Translations under genes and position numbers: made by a program | The notes under the pieces: generated by a model | What the model was told of the DNA's origin: nothing | The model's database searches: none | The model's input: only the letters and a program-made list of their open reading frames with translations | Assembly (NCBI GenBank): GCA_965267575.1 | Contig: OZ254086.1 | Location: 736,001 to 800,000, forward strand | DNA from: Calditrichales bacterium | GTDB lineage: Bacteria; Calditrichota; Calditrichia; Calditrichales; J004 | DNA length: 64,000 bases | Direction of reading: 5' to 3' | Part shown: one piece after another, positions 9,234 through 19,137 of the stretch | Position numbering within the stretch: the first letter of the stretch is position 1 | Layout: every line of letters starts with the position of its first letter

Positions 9234-9880
9234 ACAGCCACCTCCTTCTGCTCGGCACTGGGCAAGCTCTTTTTGGCTTTGCGTTGTTTGGCCGCGTTAA
9301 AGACCAGCAACCACAGACCCAGTGTAAAGAATCCGCCACCGGGCAAAATCATTATTACCCACTCCTGGAAAGAATCGGCCATGATCGGTATATCGAACAG
9401 TGTGCCGCTGCCCAAAACCTCACGCACAACACCCAGGCAGAGCAGCGCAAAAGTAAATCCGGCGCCCATACCCAAAGCATCCATAATCGAGTTGCCAAGT
9501 GTGTTTTTGCTGGCAAAGGCTTCGGCGCGTCCAAGGATAAGGCAGTTTACAACGATCAGCGCAATGAAGGCACCCAGGGCCTTGTGGATATCGAGACTGA
9601 TCGCCTGGATAATGAAATCCACCATGGTCACGAACGTCGCGATGATCAGGATGTAGCTGGCGATACGCACCTGCTTGGGGATAAAGTTACGCAGCGATGA
9701 AACCAGGATATTGGACATCAGCATTACGAACGTTGTTGCCAGTCCCATGGAAAGCGCGTTGATAGCCGTGTTGGAAACCGCCAGCACCGGACACATGCCC
9801 AGCACCTGGACAAAAACGGGGTTTTCCCGCCACAGGCCTTTTATAAATTCATCCGTGCTTTGTATAGTTTTTTGCTCCAT
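9230..9880 (-). CDS. rnfE: Rnf electron transport complex subunit E
   Basis: ENPVFVQVLGMCPVLAV, LIVVNCLILGRAE, REVLGSG, ILPGGGF. Confidence 0.95.
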   Translation of the reverse strand: MEQKTIQSTDEFIKGLWRENPVFVQVLGMCPVLAVSNTAINALSMGLATTFVMLMSNILVSSLRNFIPKQVRIASYILIIATFVTMVDFIIQAISLDIHKALGAFIALIVVNCLILGRAEAFASKNTLGNSIMDALGMGAGFTFALLCLGVVREVLGSGTLFDIPIMADSFQEWVIMILPGGGFFTLGLWLLVFNAAKQRKAKKSLPSAEQKEVAV

Positions 9881-10572
9881 TAGTTTACCTTCGTCTGTTT
9901 AAAGTCGGCAAGGTGGGCGTTCAAAATCGGTAGCCATTTCGAGGTGCTCGAGCTGATAATATTGCCCACCGCCCGTGAAGTAATTGTGGCGCCGGTGATA
10001 GTGTCCACTTGCCAGGGCTCTGTTTTAGTACCGCTTTTTACCGATTCTACGGGATGTAAAAGCGTTTTTCCATCCGCAGCCAGGGAAACATCCAGTGCTT
10101 CAAAATTTTTCAGATATGCTTCATCTTTTTCGATTTTATCACCGAGGCCCGGTGTTTCGCGGCTTTCCAGCACCTGGAAGCCAATAACGGTTTGAGCCAG
10201 GTGGTCGTAGCCGTATAGAATGCGAATTACATCCTGAAAGCCCACGCCCGACGCTTCGATGGCAAAACCAACCAGGTCGCCTGCATCGTTATAGCCGGCA
10301 TATACCAGCGGCAGCTTATCCGTGTTGGGCCCGTTAAGCGGCTCAAAGCCGTTGCCGGTATAACCAAAAGTCTGTTTCGATTGCGCCGTTGGCAGCACGT
10401 TAAATATGGCTTTTTCCAGCGCCTCAGCCTTGTTTACGTTAATCACCGGAAGTGTAAACTGAAAAGTGAAAACAATCAGCAAAGAACACATAATGCCGAT
10501 GCCCACCATGGCCCTGAACATGTGCAGAGGGTTCCAGCTTTCCGCTGCCGGTTTCATCTCTTTATTTTCCAT
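9880..10572 (-). CDS. rnfG: Rnf electron transport complex subunit G (FMN-binding)
   Basis: N-terminal TM, ETPGLG, DTITGATITS flavinylation motif. Confidence 0.93.
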   Translation of the reverse strand: MENKEMKPAAESWNPLHMFRAMVGIGIMCSLLIVFTFQFTLPVINVNKAEALEKAIFNVLPTAQSKQTFGYTGNGFEPLNGPNTDKLPLVYAGYNDAGDLVGFAIEASGVGFQDVIRILYGYDHLAQTVIGFQVLESRETPGLGDKIEKDEAYLKNFEALDVSLAADGKTLLHPVESVKSGTKTEPWQVDTITGATITSRAVGNIISSSTSKWLPILNAHLADFKQTKVN

Positions 10573-11590
10573 TCGTCGATTTCCTTAAAGTGCCATACAC
10601 GCGCGGCCGTATCAGGTTATCGATATGCGGCGAAATGGCGTTGCCCAGCAGGATGGCGTACATCACACCCTCCGGCAGGCCGCCCCAGATGCGGATGGCA
10701 AAAGTTACAGCTCCGATTAAAAACCCGTATAGGATCACGCCGCCGGTGGTCATCGGTGATGCCACCATGTCCGTGGCCATATAAACGGCGCCCAGCATCA
10801 AACCGCCGGAGAACAGCATAAAAACGGCATCGGGATAGCGCCCGGGATCAATGCTGTGGAAGATGGTGCTCAGCAGCGCCACCGTTGCCAGGATCGCCAC
10901 CGGGATGCGCCAGTTCAGAAAATTCCTGGCTGCCAGGTAGAGACCGCCCAGCAGAATGATTACGGCGCTGGTTTCGCCAACCGAACCGCTGGTATAGCCC
11001 ATCACCAGATCAACGGACTGCGCTACCTTGCCCTCAAACTTCATCGCCGAGAGCGGTGTGGCACCGGAGATGGCGTCGTAAACAGGCTCCAGAAACGGAA
11101 GTGTAAACGTTGACGAGGGAATCTCGCTGAAACGGTTAGCGGCGAAAGCGGGCGTCCACGTGGTTAAAGCCACCGGGAAGGCAGCCTGTATAACCGCGCG
11201 ACCCACAAGCGCCGGATTAAAGGCGTTGTAGCCCAACCCGCCAAACAGATATTTTCCCATGGCCACGCCGACAAATCCGCCCACGGCCACCATCCACAGC
11301 GGCAGGGCCGGAGGCAGCGTCAGCCCGAAAAGCAATCCCGTAATAACAACCGACCAGTCGCCGATGGTGCTGCGGCCACCGTGATACTTGCTGAGCAGAT
11401 GCTCGGTAAGGACGCAGGAAATAACCGCCACGCTGAGGTTAAGCAGCGCCGACAGGCCAAAGGCGTAAATAGCCCAGGCTGACACCGGCAAAAGCGCGTA
11501 AACCACATGGCGCATAATCGTATCCGTGGAACTGCCACTGACAATATGCGGCGATGTGTGAATTTCAAAAGTTTTGCTGATCGTTTTCAT
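10562..11590 (-). CDS. rnfD: Rnf electron transport complex subunit D
   Basis: SPHI, KYLFGGLGYNAFNPALVGR, DAISGATPL (FMN-Thr), GSVGETS, MATD. Confidence 0.95.
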   Translation of the reverse strand: MKTISKTFEIHTSPHIVSGSSTDTIMRHVVYALLPVSAWAIYAFGLSALLNLSVAVISCVLTEHLLSKYHGGRSTIGDWSVVITGLLFGLTLPPALPLWMVAVGGFVGVAMGKYLFGGLGYNAFNPALVGRAVIQAAFPVALTTWTPAFAANRFSEIPSSTFTLPFLEPVYDAISGATPLSAMKFEGKVAQSVDLVMGYTSGSVGETSAVIILLGGLYLAARNFLNWRIPVAILATVALLSTIFHSIDPGRYPDAVFMLFSGGLMLGAVYMATDMVASPMTTGGVILYGFLIGAVTFAIRIWGGLPEGVMYAILLGNAISPHIDNLIRPRVYGTLRKSTNGK

Positions 11591-12939
11591 GAGGCCACCG
11601 CCTTTGCCTGCAGTTCGCGGTATTGTGATTTAGCGATGCGGAAATACTGCACCAGCGGGATATGCGACGGGCAGACGTATGAACACGACCCGCATTCAAA
11701 ACAATCCATTAAATTGTATTCTTCTACCATGCGTGTGTATTCGCGTTTCTTGGCCAGTATGCCCATTTGCGATGGATTGAGAAAAATCGGGCAGGCGTCC
11801 ACGCAGTAGGCGCAGCGGATACAGGGATATTCATCGTTCAGCAATATCTTGCCCGTCTCGCGCTCCGTAAACACCGTTACGCCGGACGTACCCTTTGTGA
11901 TCGGTATATCAAGATTGGATGCAGCCACACCCATCATCGGGCCGCCCATGAACACGCGTGTGATGTCGTCTTCAACACCAACGGTATTGAGTAAAAAGCG
12001 CAGGGGGGTGCCGATCGGTACACGATAATTGCCTTTGCGTTTCACTCCCGGCCCGGCAACTGTTATTACCCGTTCCTGAATGCCCCTGCCGTACGGCAGC
12101 AGGCGTCCGATTTCCGCGGTCGTCGCTACGTTTATACATACCACATGCACGTCTACCGGCAAACCGCCGCTTGGCACCTCGCGGTTCAGCAGCGATTTTA
12201 TCAGCATCTTTTCTGCCCCCTGCGGATATTTCACTTCCACCGTTTCCACCGTTACCGGCAAATCCGGCGGCAGGTGCTTGCGCAAATGTTGGGCAGCATC
12301 TTTTTTGTTTTCTTCGATTCCGATAATGGCCCGTTTGGCCCCGCTCACCTTTAGCACGTAGCGGATACCGTGATAAATATCCTTTTCCTGCTCCAGCATC
12401 ACTCGATGGTCGGTGGTCAGGTAGGGCTCGCATTCCGCGCCATTGATGATCACCGTATCGGCCCATTTGCCTTCCGGCATGGAGAGCTTTACATGCGTGG
12501 GAAATGCCGCGCCGCCAAGCCCGACAATCCCCGCTTCCTGTATGGCCTTAAGGATCTCTTCAGGCGTACCCGTATCCGGATGGACCGGCGTGCCTTCCAT
12601 TACCTCCTGGCCCGATGCCGGAAAGGGCTTGATATAAATACCCTGAACCATTTTGCCGCTGATGCCCGGTACCAACCCGATGCGCTGGACAATGCCGCTG
12701 GCCGGCGCATGCATGGCAACGGACATATAGCCGTCGGCCCTGGCAATAAGCTGGCCGCGCACTACTTCCTGGTCTTCGCGCACAACCGGTATGGCCGGTT
12801 TGCCCAGGTGCTGATGCAGCGGCATAACCATTACCGGCGCAAACTCAAACTGGCGGATAGGCTTATCGCGCGTATCCTCCTTCATTTCCGGCGGATGAAT
12901 ACCGTGATCAAATGTTTTTTTATGATTAAATAGGTTCAT
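11587..12939 (-). CDS. rnfC: Rnf electron transport complex subunit C
   Basis: GIVGLGGAAFPTHVK, NGAECEPYLTTD, YPQGAEK, GGPMMG, two CxxCxxCxxxCP clusters. Confidence 0.95.
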   Translation of the reverse strand: MNLFNHKKTFDHGIHPPEMKEDTRDKPIRQFEFAPVMVMPLHQHLGKPAIPVVREDQEVVRGQLIARADGYMSVAMHAPASGIVQRIGLVPGISGKMVQGIYIKPFPASGQEVMEGTPVHPDTGTPEEILKAIQEAGIVGLGGAAFPTHVKLSMPEGKWADTVIINGAECEPYLTTDHRVMLEQEKDIYHGIRYVLKVSGAKRAIIGIEENKKDAAQHLRKHLPPDLPVTVETVEVKYPQGAEKMLIKSLLNREVPSGGLPVDVHVVCINVATTAEIGRLLPYGRGIQERVITVAGPGVKRKGNYRVPIGTPLRFLLNTVGVEDDITRVFMGGPMMGVAASNLDIPITKGTSGVTVFTERETGKILLNDEYPCIRCAYCVDACPIFLNPSQMGILAKKREYTRMVEEYNLMDCFECGSCSYVCPSHIPLVQYFRIAKSQYRELQAKAVAS

Positions 12940-12964
12940 TCCAAATCCGTTTTATGCAATGTAA

Positions 12965-13006
12965 AGGGGTGGCGGGGCGCAGCATTTGGCAGCGCCCCGT
13001 TCCCCT
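12965..13006 (-). other. GC-rich intergenic stem-loop between PFOR and rnfC
   Basis: AGGGG..CGGGGCGC...GCGCCCCG..CCCCT inverted repeat; only a weak U-tract on the coding strand. Confidence 0.6.
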
Positions 13007-13023
13007 GCTGAAAGCTAACCCGT

Positions 13024-16000
13024 TTACTTGTTGTACTTTTCAGCACGTTTAATCCACTTATCGATATCCTTCTCAGATCTGTCCTTGGGCAGTCCCGGAT
13101 GGATGACCTGTGCCGTGCATTTCTCGGCGGCTTTCACGATATCCTTGTAAGGCCCGGCATTCGGATTTTTGATGAAGGCCTTTTTCTTATCGTTGTAAGC
13201 GAAGATGGCCGAATTGATGTTTATGCATTCGTCACAGGAAGTACACTCCTCCGTATCCAGCCAGGGCGCCATATAGCCGTTGTCGCCCTGCTCGGCGGGA
13301 GCGGCTGCCGATGGTTCCGCTGCTTGCGCTGCCGGAGCTTCCACCAGGCTGGTCAAACCCTGTCCGTTGCCGCCGGCCAGTTGCATCAGGCCGGAAGCAA
13401 TCTTGCTTACCACTTCACTGCGTACTTTGTTTTCGATATCACCAACCGATATCTCTTCTTTTTCCACACCAGCAATGGCTTTCAGCATGATCCAGAAATC
13501 GCGGCGCTCCTCACAGGATTGCACGATTGGCTCGGCCACCAGCAGACGGCTGAGATGCTGCTTTTTATCCATGGTCCAGATGTAGGGGAATTTACCCTCG
13601 CGCTCGTCCGCGTCCATCTCGAGAAATTCGGCCAGCGGCACCATGTTTTCGTTCCAGGTGTCGGCCGGCGCTTTACGGAAGTGCTTGCGGAAACGTGCCT
13701 CGGTCACGGCGAAGTCGGCAAAGGTCATGGCCACATCCAGCTTGCGCTCGCGGCCTCCGTCCTTGTACTTCAGCTCGTAGGTCGGCCAGTCTTTATCCAT
13801 CTGCGGATTGCCTTCCAGATCGAAGCATTCCTGCGGTGTCTTGCCGTTTTCGGGATTGTAACGGAACAGCGGGTAAGCGCGTGATTCCACAGCCAGCTTG
13901 GCTTGCTCTGCACCCATATCATCCCCGATGCCGTGTTCGGGCTGGCACGAGGTGTAAAGGTTGAACAGCGCCGGCCTGCGGGCCATCAATCCTTCAATGA
14001 AGCCTTCGATCATGTGGTTGGGATTGGAGATGGCGCTTTGCATAACATAAGTCGTGCGGTGCGCCATGGCGATCAGGCCGATCTCCTTGCGTGATTCTTC
14101 CTTACCTTTGATCGCTTTACCGTACTGGGCCATATCGGAAATTTGTCCCATAAAGCCCGATGTACAAGCCTGGCCGCCGGTGTTGGAATACACCTGCGTA
14201 TCCACGACGATCACTTTAACCGGCTTGCCCGATGCCATCAGGCGGGACAGGTTCTGGAAGCCGATATCGTACATGGCGCCGTCACCTCCCACAGCAACAA
14301 CAGGCGGGCAGAGCAACCACTCTTCATCCGTAAACTGATGCCAGTTAAAGTAGGTGAAGGACTCATTGTGCAGAGCCGGGTTGTATTTTCCTTCAAGTTC
14401 CATTTCCGCCATGCGGATCGCCTTAAAGCCTTCCGCCATTTTTGCCATGTGGCCTTCGAATACACCCATGGCCATGGACGGGCTGTCCTGGAACAGGTGG
14501 TTGGCCCATGGGAACGGATAGGGGTTAAACGGATAGGTGCTGCCCCAAACCGACGTACAGCCGGTAGCGTTGAGCATACCCATCTTGGCGCGACCCTTGC
14601 CCGTAGTGCCTTCCGTATATTTCCATTTCAGGTTTTTCAGCTTGGCAATCAGTTGCGTAACGCGGCGCAGCCATTCCTGGTCGATCGGCTGCGTGCCCTG
14701 CGATTTTTCCATCTTCTCAGCAATGGCCGCCAGCGTCATATCGCCGGACTGCATATCCGTCAAAACGCGGTTCAGGGCATCGGTATCGCCCACATCCATA
14801 TTCTGTACAAGCTTCATCTGGATGTGTTTTTCCAGCTTAACAATAAGTTCTTCCACTTTTTCCACATGCTTCTTAATGCGCGGTTGCATCAATGCTTCGA
14901 TTGTGGCAATAAACAGGTGAACAACCGTCTTTTCGGAGCAGCCGAGGCAGGCGCCGTCGCCGCTGGCAAAGGAGAGATAATTCTGTTTATCCAGCAAGAT
15001 CGTCTCCAACGCGCCGATGCGTTCTTCCAGGTTATCCACGCGGATAAATTTCTGCGGTGTTGTCGGCAGATCCATCCATAAATCCCACTCATCGCGCAGG
15101 CGCTGAACGGATTCCTCTGTTTGCGGAATAGGACGCAGGGCATCGTCATCGCAAACGGCCACGCATTCCATACAACCTTTACAGGTATAGGGGTTAACCG
15201 TAATGCTCAGCAAGCCGCCGCTGTTCTTCTCCTGCTTTTCCATGTTTGTGTAGTAGGGACGTGAAAGCGCGAAGCGGAAGTCGCCAAGTTCCTGCTGAAA
15301 GAGATCGAACTCTTTTTGCAGTTGCTTGCGCCCGTCGCCTTCCAGACCGCTCTGCTTGATGGTCAGCTCGATGGCTTCATCCATCATGCCGCGCACATTG
15401 TCGGTCTCCGCGGCCTCGGCGAAACTGTTGCGTAAAATGCTTTCCATCTGGCGTACGGCTTTGGGCAGGTGCTCAACCTTGTACCCCGCCTTTTTAACAC
15501 GCTTAACGACTGTTTCCATTACTTCGGACACATCGTTCACCAAACCGGGGATGGCCGTGTCCGGACACACCGTGTAGCAATTGCCACAGGCGGTACAGTT
15601 TTCGGCGATCCACTGGGGATGCTCAAAACGGATACCGGTCATATCGCGGAACAGCGACGTAACGGCCGGCATAACACTCAGCCCGATAAACGGATCCGTG
15701 ATCACATCATTACCCAGCCCGCGCGCGTAGAAGTTGCCGGTCTGCTCCCAGAAGCGATGGATGTCCGTTGCTTTGGCCTGGCTTTGCGGCATGTTCTTAA
15801 CCATCATCGGCAGCGGCGGCTCTTTCAAAGCGGCCTTGCCATTACCGTTTTCAGCGGTTGTTAAAGTCTTTTCTTTGATTTCCTTGATCTCGTCGAAGCC
15901 ACGCTTTACAACCCGCATGTTGTCTTCCACAACGCGCGCGCCCTTGTGACCGAATTTTTTCTGCAGCTGGTCACGGATGGCGGCGATCAGCGCTTCCTCG

Positions 16001-17958
16001 CTCAACCCGGCCTGTTTCATCACAGGCGAAACGGCAAAGAAAGCACCCTGGAAAGCAATACCCTGCATGCGCAATTGCAAATCAGAATCGGTTGCTTCCT
16101 CACGGGCAATCTTAAAAGCATCCAGGTAATACATTTTGATCTCATTATCGATGATCATTTTCTGGTAGTGCAGCGGGATTCGAGCCCAGACTTTCTCCGG
16201 CGAATCCTGGTCGCTCTGGATAATAAATACACCGCCTTTTTTCAAGCCGGCCAAAGCGTTTGTATGCTTAAACACGTTGGGGTCCGGGGAAAGAACCACG
16301 TCCACGTAGTAGTATTCGCAGTTCACACGTATGGGCTCGGGAGCCGCAGCCAGGTAATAGGTAGTCGGCTGGCCTTTTTTCTCGGAGCCATACTTGGGAT
16401 TGGCTTTGATGTTGAAGTCCAAAAGCTCGAATAGCGTCATGGCCAGGTTTTTACCGGTGGTCATGGCGCCCCATCCACCAACAGAGTGGAAGCGTACGGT
16501 GATGGCGTCTTTAGGCATCAGGTTGGGATTTTCCGATCCGCGCAGAGCCAGCTCTTTTACGTGCGGGTATTTGTCAAGAATTTCCTGCTGGTAGATTTCC
16601 TGCTTGGGCGTCATCGGCGTCTCGCGGATAAAATCGATCGACAGGTAGAACAGTTTCTTATGCTTGCCGTCCGGCAGCATGTTTTCAACGGCAGCGATCA
16701 GGCCTTCCGGCTGCAAATCGCGTGATCCCATACCAAACGATCCGCTGTAAAGTGCCGGCGAATCACCATTCTTGTAGCTTTCCAGTGTCGGGTAAGGCTT
16801 CTCTTTTTTGGCAAGGCCGTTTTCCTGGCACTTGGCGATCGTTGCACGGACTTCGCGCATGATCGGCAGGTCTACCGCGAGCGGTTGATCCAGGCGTTCA
16901 AGAATGGCAACACCTTTTTTGCCCTTGATGATCTTACTGATCAGATCCGATGGGAACGGGCGGTACATGATCAGGTTAACAACGCCCACCTTAAGTTTGC
17001 GTGTTTCGCGCAGGTAATCGGCAACAACTTCCGCCGAAGGCACCATGCTGCCCTGACCAAAAATGAGATAATCGGCGTCTTCCACGCGGTAGGTTTCCAC
17101 ACGCGTATACGAACGTCCGGTCAACTTACTGAATTCAGTAAAAGCCTTGTCCGCCAGCTCCTGAACATGATCAAAAAAGAAAGGACGCTGCGCGGCAACG
17201 CTCTGCATATAGGAATCCTGGTTCTGCACAATACCGGCCATTACCGGATTGTCCACATCCCAAAGCTCGGGAATGCGGCGGCGCGTATCACCATAAATTA
17301 TGCGTTGTGCTTCAGTCGGAGTTTTGATGATGTCGTCGGGTTTGCCGAGGTACTCTTCAATCAGCGCGCGCTCCGGCACCTGCAGCGATTCGATCAGGTG
17401 CGTGGTCAGGAAGCCGTCCTGCGCAACAATGCCGGGCGTGAGAGCCAATTCGGCCACACGGTGGGCAATAATATTCAGGTCCGCCGCCTGTTGCGCGTTC
17501 TTGGCAAACAGCTGGAAAAAGCCGGTATCATCTACACAATGGTAGTCATCGTGTCCGGCGTGTACGTTCAGCGTTGCTTTGGTCATAGCCCGCGCGCCGA
17601 TGTTAAGGACATAGGTCAGGCGCTTACCGACCGCCGCGTAAAGCGATTCGTGCATGTAAGCAATACCCTGCCCCGACGAAAAGTTGGCGGCGCGTAAACC
17701 GGTCATGGAGAGCCCGGCCGTCACAGCGGCGGCCGCGTGCTCTCCCTCCGGCTCTATGAAAATCAGGGGGCGCCCTGAAACATTGATATGTCCCTTTGCG
17801 GTCTCTTCCGCCCAGTATTCGCCCATCTGGGTGGAAGGCGTAATCGGGTAAGCTCCGGCGGCATCCGTAGACTCACGTTCACACATAATAACGGCTGTAT
17901 TGCCGTCCATGGCCGCCCGCGTACCCGGGTATTTTGCTTTTTTCTCTTCTCGTGCCAT
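13024..17958 (-). CDS. Large single-chain pyruvate:ferredoxin (2-oxoacid:acceptor) oxidoreductase with extra C-terminal ferredoxin domain
   Basis: AYPITPS, EGEHAAA, HSVGGWG, YGSEKKG, CTACGNCYTVCP, CKGCMECVAVC, GACLGC, NATGCTSVWG, GGDGAMYDIGFQ, YSNTGGQ, C-terminal CTSCDEC...C. Confidence 0.93.
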   Translation of the reverse strand: MAREEKKAKYPGTRAAMDGNTAVIMCERESTDAAGAYPITPSTQMGEYWAEETAKGHINVSGRPLIFIEPEGEHAAAAVTAGLSMTGLRAANFSSGQGIAYMHESLYAAVGKRLTYVLNIGARAMTKATLNVHAGHDDYHCVDDTGFFQLFAKNAQQAADLNIIAHRVAELALTPGIVAQDGFLTTHLIESLQVPERALIEEYLGKPDDIIKTPTEAQRIIYGDTRRRIPELWDVDNPVMAGIVQNQDSYMQSVAAQRPFFFDHVQELADKAFTEFSKLTGRSYTRVETYRVEDADYLIFGQGSMVPSAEVVADYLRETRKLKVGVVNLIMYRPFPSDLISKIIKGKKGVAILERLDQPLAVDLPIMREVRATIAKCQENGLAKKEKPYPTLESYKNGDSPALYSGSFGMGSRDLQPEGLIAAVENMLPDGKHKKLFYLSIDFIRETPMTPKQEIYQQEILDKYPHVKELALRGSENPNLMPKDAITVRFHSVGGWGAMTTGKNLAMTLFELLDFNIKANPKYGSEKKGQPTTYYLAAAPEPIRVNCEYYYVDVVLSPDPNVFKHTNALAGLKKGGVFIIQSDQDSPEKVWARIPLHYQKMIIDNEIKMYYLDAFKIAREEATDSDLQLRMQGIAFQGAFFAVSPVMKQAGLSEEALIAAIRDQLQKKFGHKGARVVEDNMRVVKRGFDEIKEIKEKTLTTAENGNGKAALKEPPLPMMVKNMPQSQAKATDIHRFWEQTGNFYARGLGNDVITDPFIGLSVMPAVTSLFRDMTGIRFEHPQWIAENCTACGNCYTVCPDTAIPGLVNDVSEVMETVVKRVKKAGYKVEHLPKAVRQMESILRNSFAEAAETDNVRGMMDEAIELTIKQSGLEGDGRKQLQKEFDLFQQELGDFRFALSRPYYTNMEKQEKNSGGLLSITVNPYTCKGCMECVAVCDDDALRPIPQTEESVQRLRDEWDLWMDLPTTPQKFIRVDNLEERIGALETILLDKQNYLSFASGDGACLGCSEKTVVHLFIATIEALMQPRIKKHVEKVEELIVKLEKHIQMKLVQNMDVGDTDALNRVLTDMQSGDMTLAAIAEKMEKSQGTQPIDQEWLRRVTQLIAKLKNLKWKYTEGTTGKGRAKMGMLNATGCTSVWGSTYPFNPYPFPWANHLFQDSPSMAMGVFEGHMAKMAEGFKAIRMAEMELEGKYNPALHNESFTYFNWHQFTDEEWLLCPPVVAVGGDGAMYDIGFQNLSRLMASGKPVKVIVVDTQVYSNTGGQACTSGFMGQISDMAQYGKAIKGKEESRKEIGLIAMAHRTTYVMQSAISNPNHMIEGFIEGLMARRPALFNLYTSCQPEHGIGDDMGAEQAKLAVESRAYPLFRYNPENGKTPQECFDLEGNPQMDKDWPTYELKYKDGGRERKLDVAMTFADFAVTEARFRKHFRKAPADTWNENMVPLAEFLEMDADEREGKFPYIWTMDKKQHLSRLLVAEPIVQSCEERRDFWIMLKAIAGVEKEEISVGDIENKVRSEVVSKIASGLMQLAGGNGQGLTSLVEAPAAQAAEPSAAAPAEQGDNGYMAPWLDTEECTSCDECININSAIFAYNDKKKAFIKNPNAGPYKDIVKAAEKCTAQVIHPGLPKDRSEKDIDKWIKRAEKYNK

Positions 17959-18023
17959 AATAAAACCCTTTTTATATTATATAGATTGTTTCATTTCTTA
18001 ATTTGTTAACTTTTCTTCCCTGG

Positions 18024-18890
18024 CTATGTTGGTAAATCCGGCAAACTCGCTTTCCTGATAACTTTTTTAGAATAAGCACCATATTCAACGGTACTGTCCT
18101 CATTAATCCAGACAATAGCGCCGGTGGGGCAACGTTGTATAGGTACTTTCGTATTGTGGTTTTGGGAGTAATTTACAACCGGCAGGTTGTTTTTCATTTC
18201 AATGAGGCCATCGGGGGCATCCATGGCGCAACGCGCGCAGGCCGTACAGGCCACTTCACATTCGCTAAGGATCTCGTCACCTGCTTCGAGGTTTTTGCAG
18301 GCAACCCATAAACGATGGCTGACAGGATGTAATTCGAATAATCCTTTCGGGCAGGCATCCACACAATCACCGCAGGCAGTGCATTTGTCTTCATCCACCA
18401 CCGGCAGCGAAAACGGGTTCATATGGATAGCATCAAAGTCGCAGGCTACTTCACAATCGGCCAGGCCGAGGCATCCCCAGAAGCATCCTTTGCCGCCCCC
18501 GGCCACTTGCGAAGCGGCACGGCAGGTTTGAAGACCGACATAATGAGCTTTATTACGGGCAACGTTTATACCGCCCTGGCAGGCCAGTCGGGCAACAATC
18601 TTTTCCTGACTGCCAACATCGACACCCAGAAAACGGGCGATATCGACGCGGCCTTGTTCCGAACTGACCGTACATTTCCCGGGAAGCGTTTCGCCTTTTA
18701 CCAAAGCTTCGGCAAAGGGGCGGCAGCCCGGGTATCCACATGCGCCGCAATTCGCGTGCGGCAACATTTCCTCTACAACGTCGATGCGGGGATCTTCAGC
18801 TACAAAGAGTTTTTTGTTCGCAAAGACCAGCAAAAGTGCAAGGACGATTGTGAGCCCACCGAGAATTGAAACGGCTGTGACTACAATCAT
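18024..18890 (-). CDS. rnfB: Rnf electron transport complex subunit B
   Basis: N-terminal TM, LPHANCGACGYPGC FeS domain, GCFWGCLGLADC, CTACGDCVDACP, CTACARC. Confidence 0.93.
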   Translation of the reverse strand: MIVVTAVSILGGLTIVLALLLVFANKKLFVAEDPRIDVVEEMLPHANCGACGYPGCRPFAEALVKGETLPGKCTVSSEQGRVDIARFLGVDVGSQEKIVARLACQGGINVARNKAHYVGLQTCRAASQVAGGGKGCFWGCLGLADCEVACDFDAIHMNPFSLPVVDEDKCTACGDCVDACPKGLFELHPVSHRLWVACKNLEAGDEILSECEVACTACARCAMDAPDGLIEMKNNLPVVNYSQNHNTKVPIQRCPTGAIVWINEDSTVEYGAYSKKVIRKASLPDLPT

Positions 18891-19025
18891 ATTATTCTCC
18901 GATTTATGACGTTAAATCGGAGGACTATTTATAGAATCGCTTTTCAACGATCCTGAATGACGCGGGTATTACAGTATTAAATATCAATATCTATAATCGT
19001 ATATGCAAACGTTTTTTTTACTATT

Positions 19026-19043
19026 TTGATAAAATATTCACAA
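19026..19043. promoter_or_regulatory. Rex-like operator
   Basis: TTGATAA-AATA-TTCACAA vs Rex consensus TTGTGAA-N4-TTCACAA (2 mismatches), in the rnfB/asnB divergent intergenic region. Confidence 0.45.
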
Positions 19044-19137
19044 CAACAAATGCACAAACATCTGATCGAAAGAAATTTATGTTTAAATTCAGGAGACTTG
19101 AGGCCGAAAAACCTCAAATGTATAAAAGGACTCTAAT

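Noticed and set aside
13099-17697. Long + strand ORFs opposite PFOR (e.g. 13099-13884, 14143-15081, 16885-17697)
   Set aside because: Antisense shadows of a well-supported gene; no recognisable motifs
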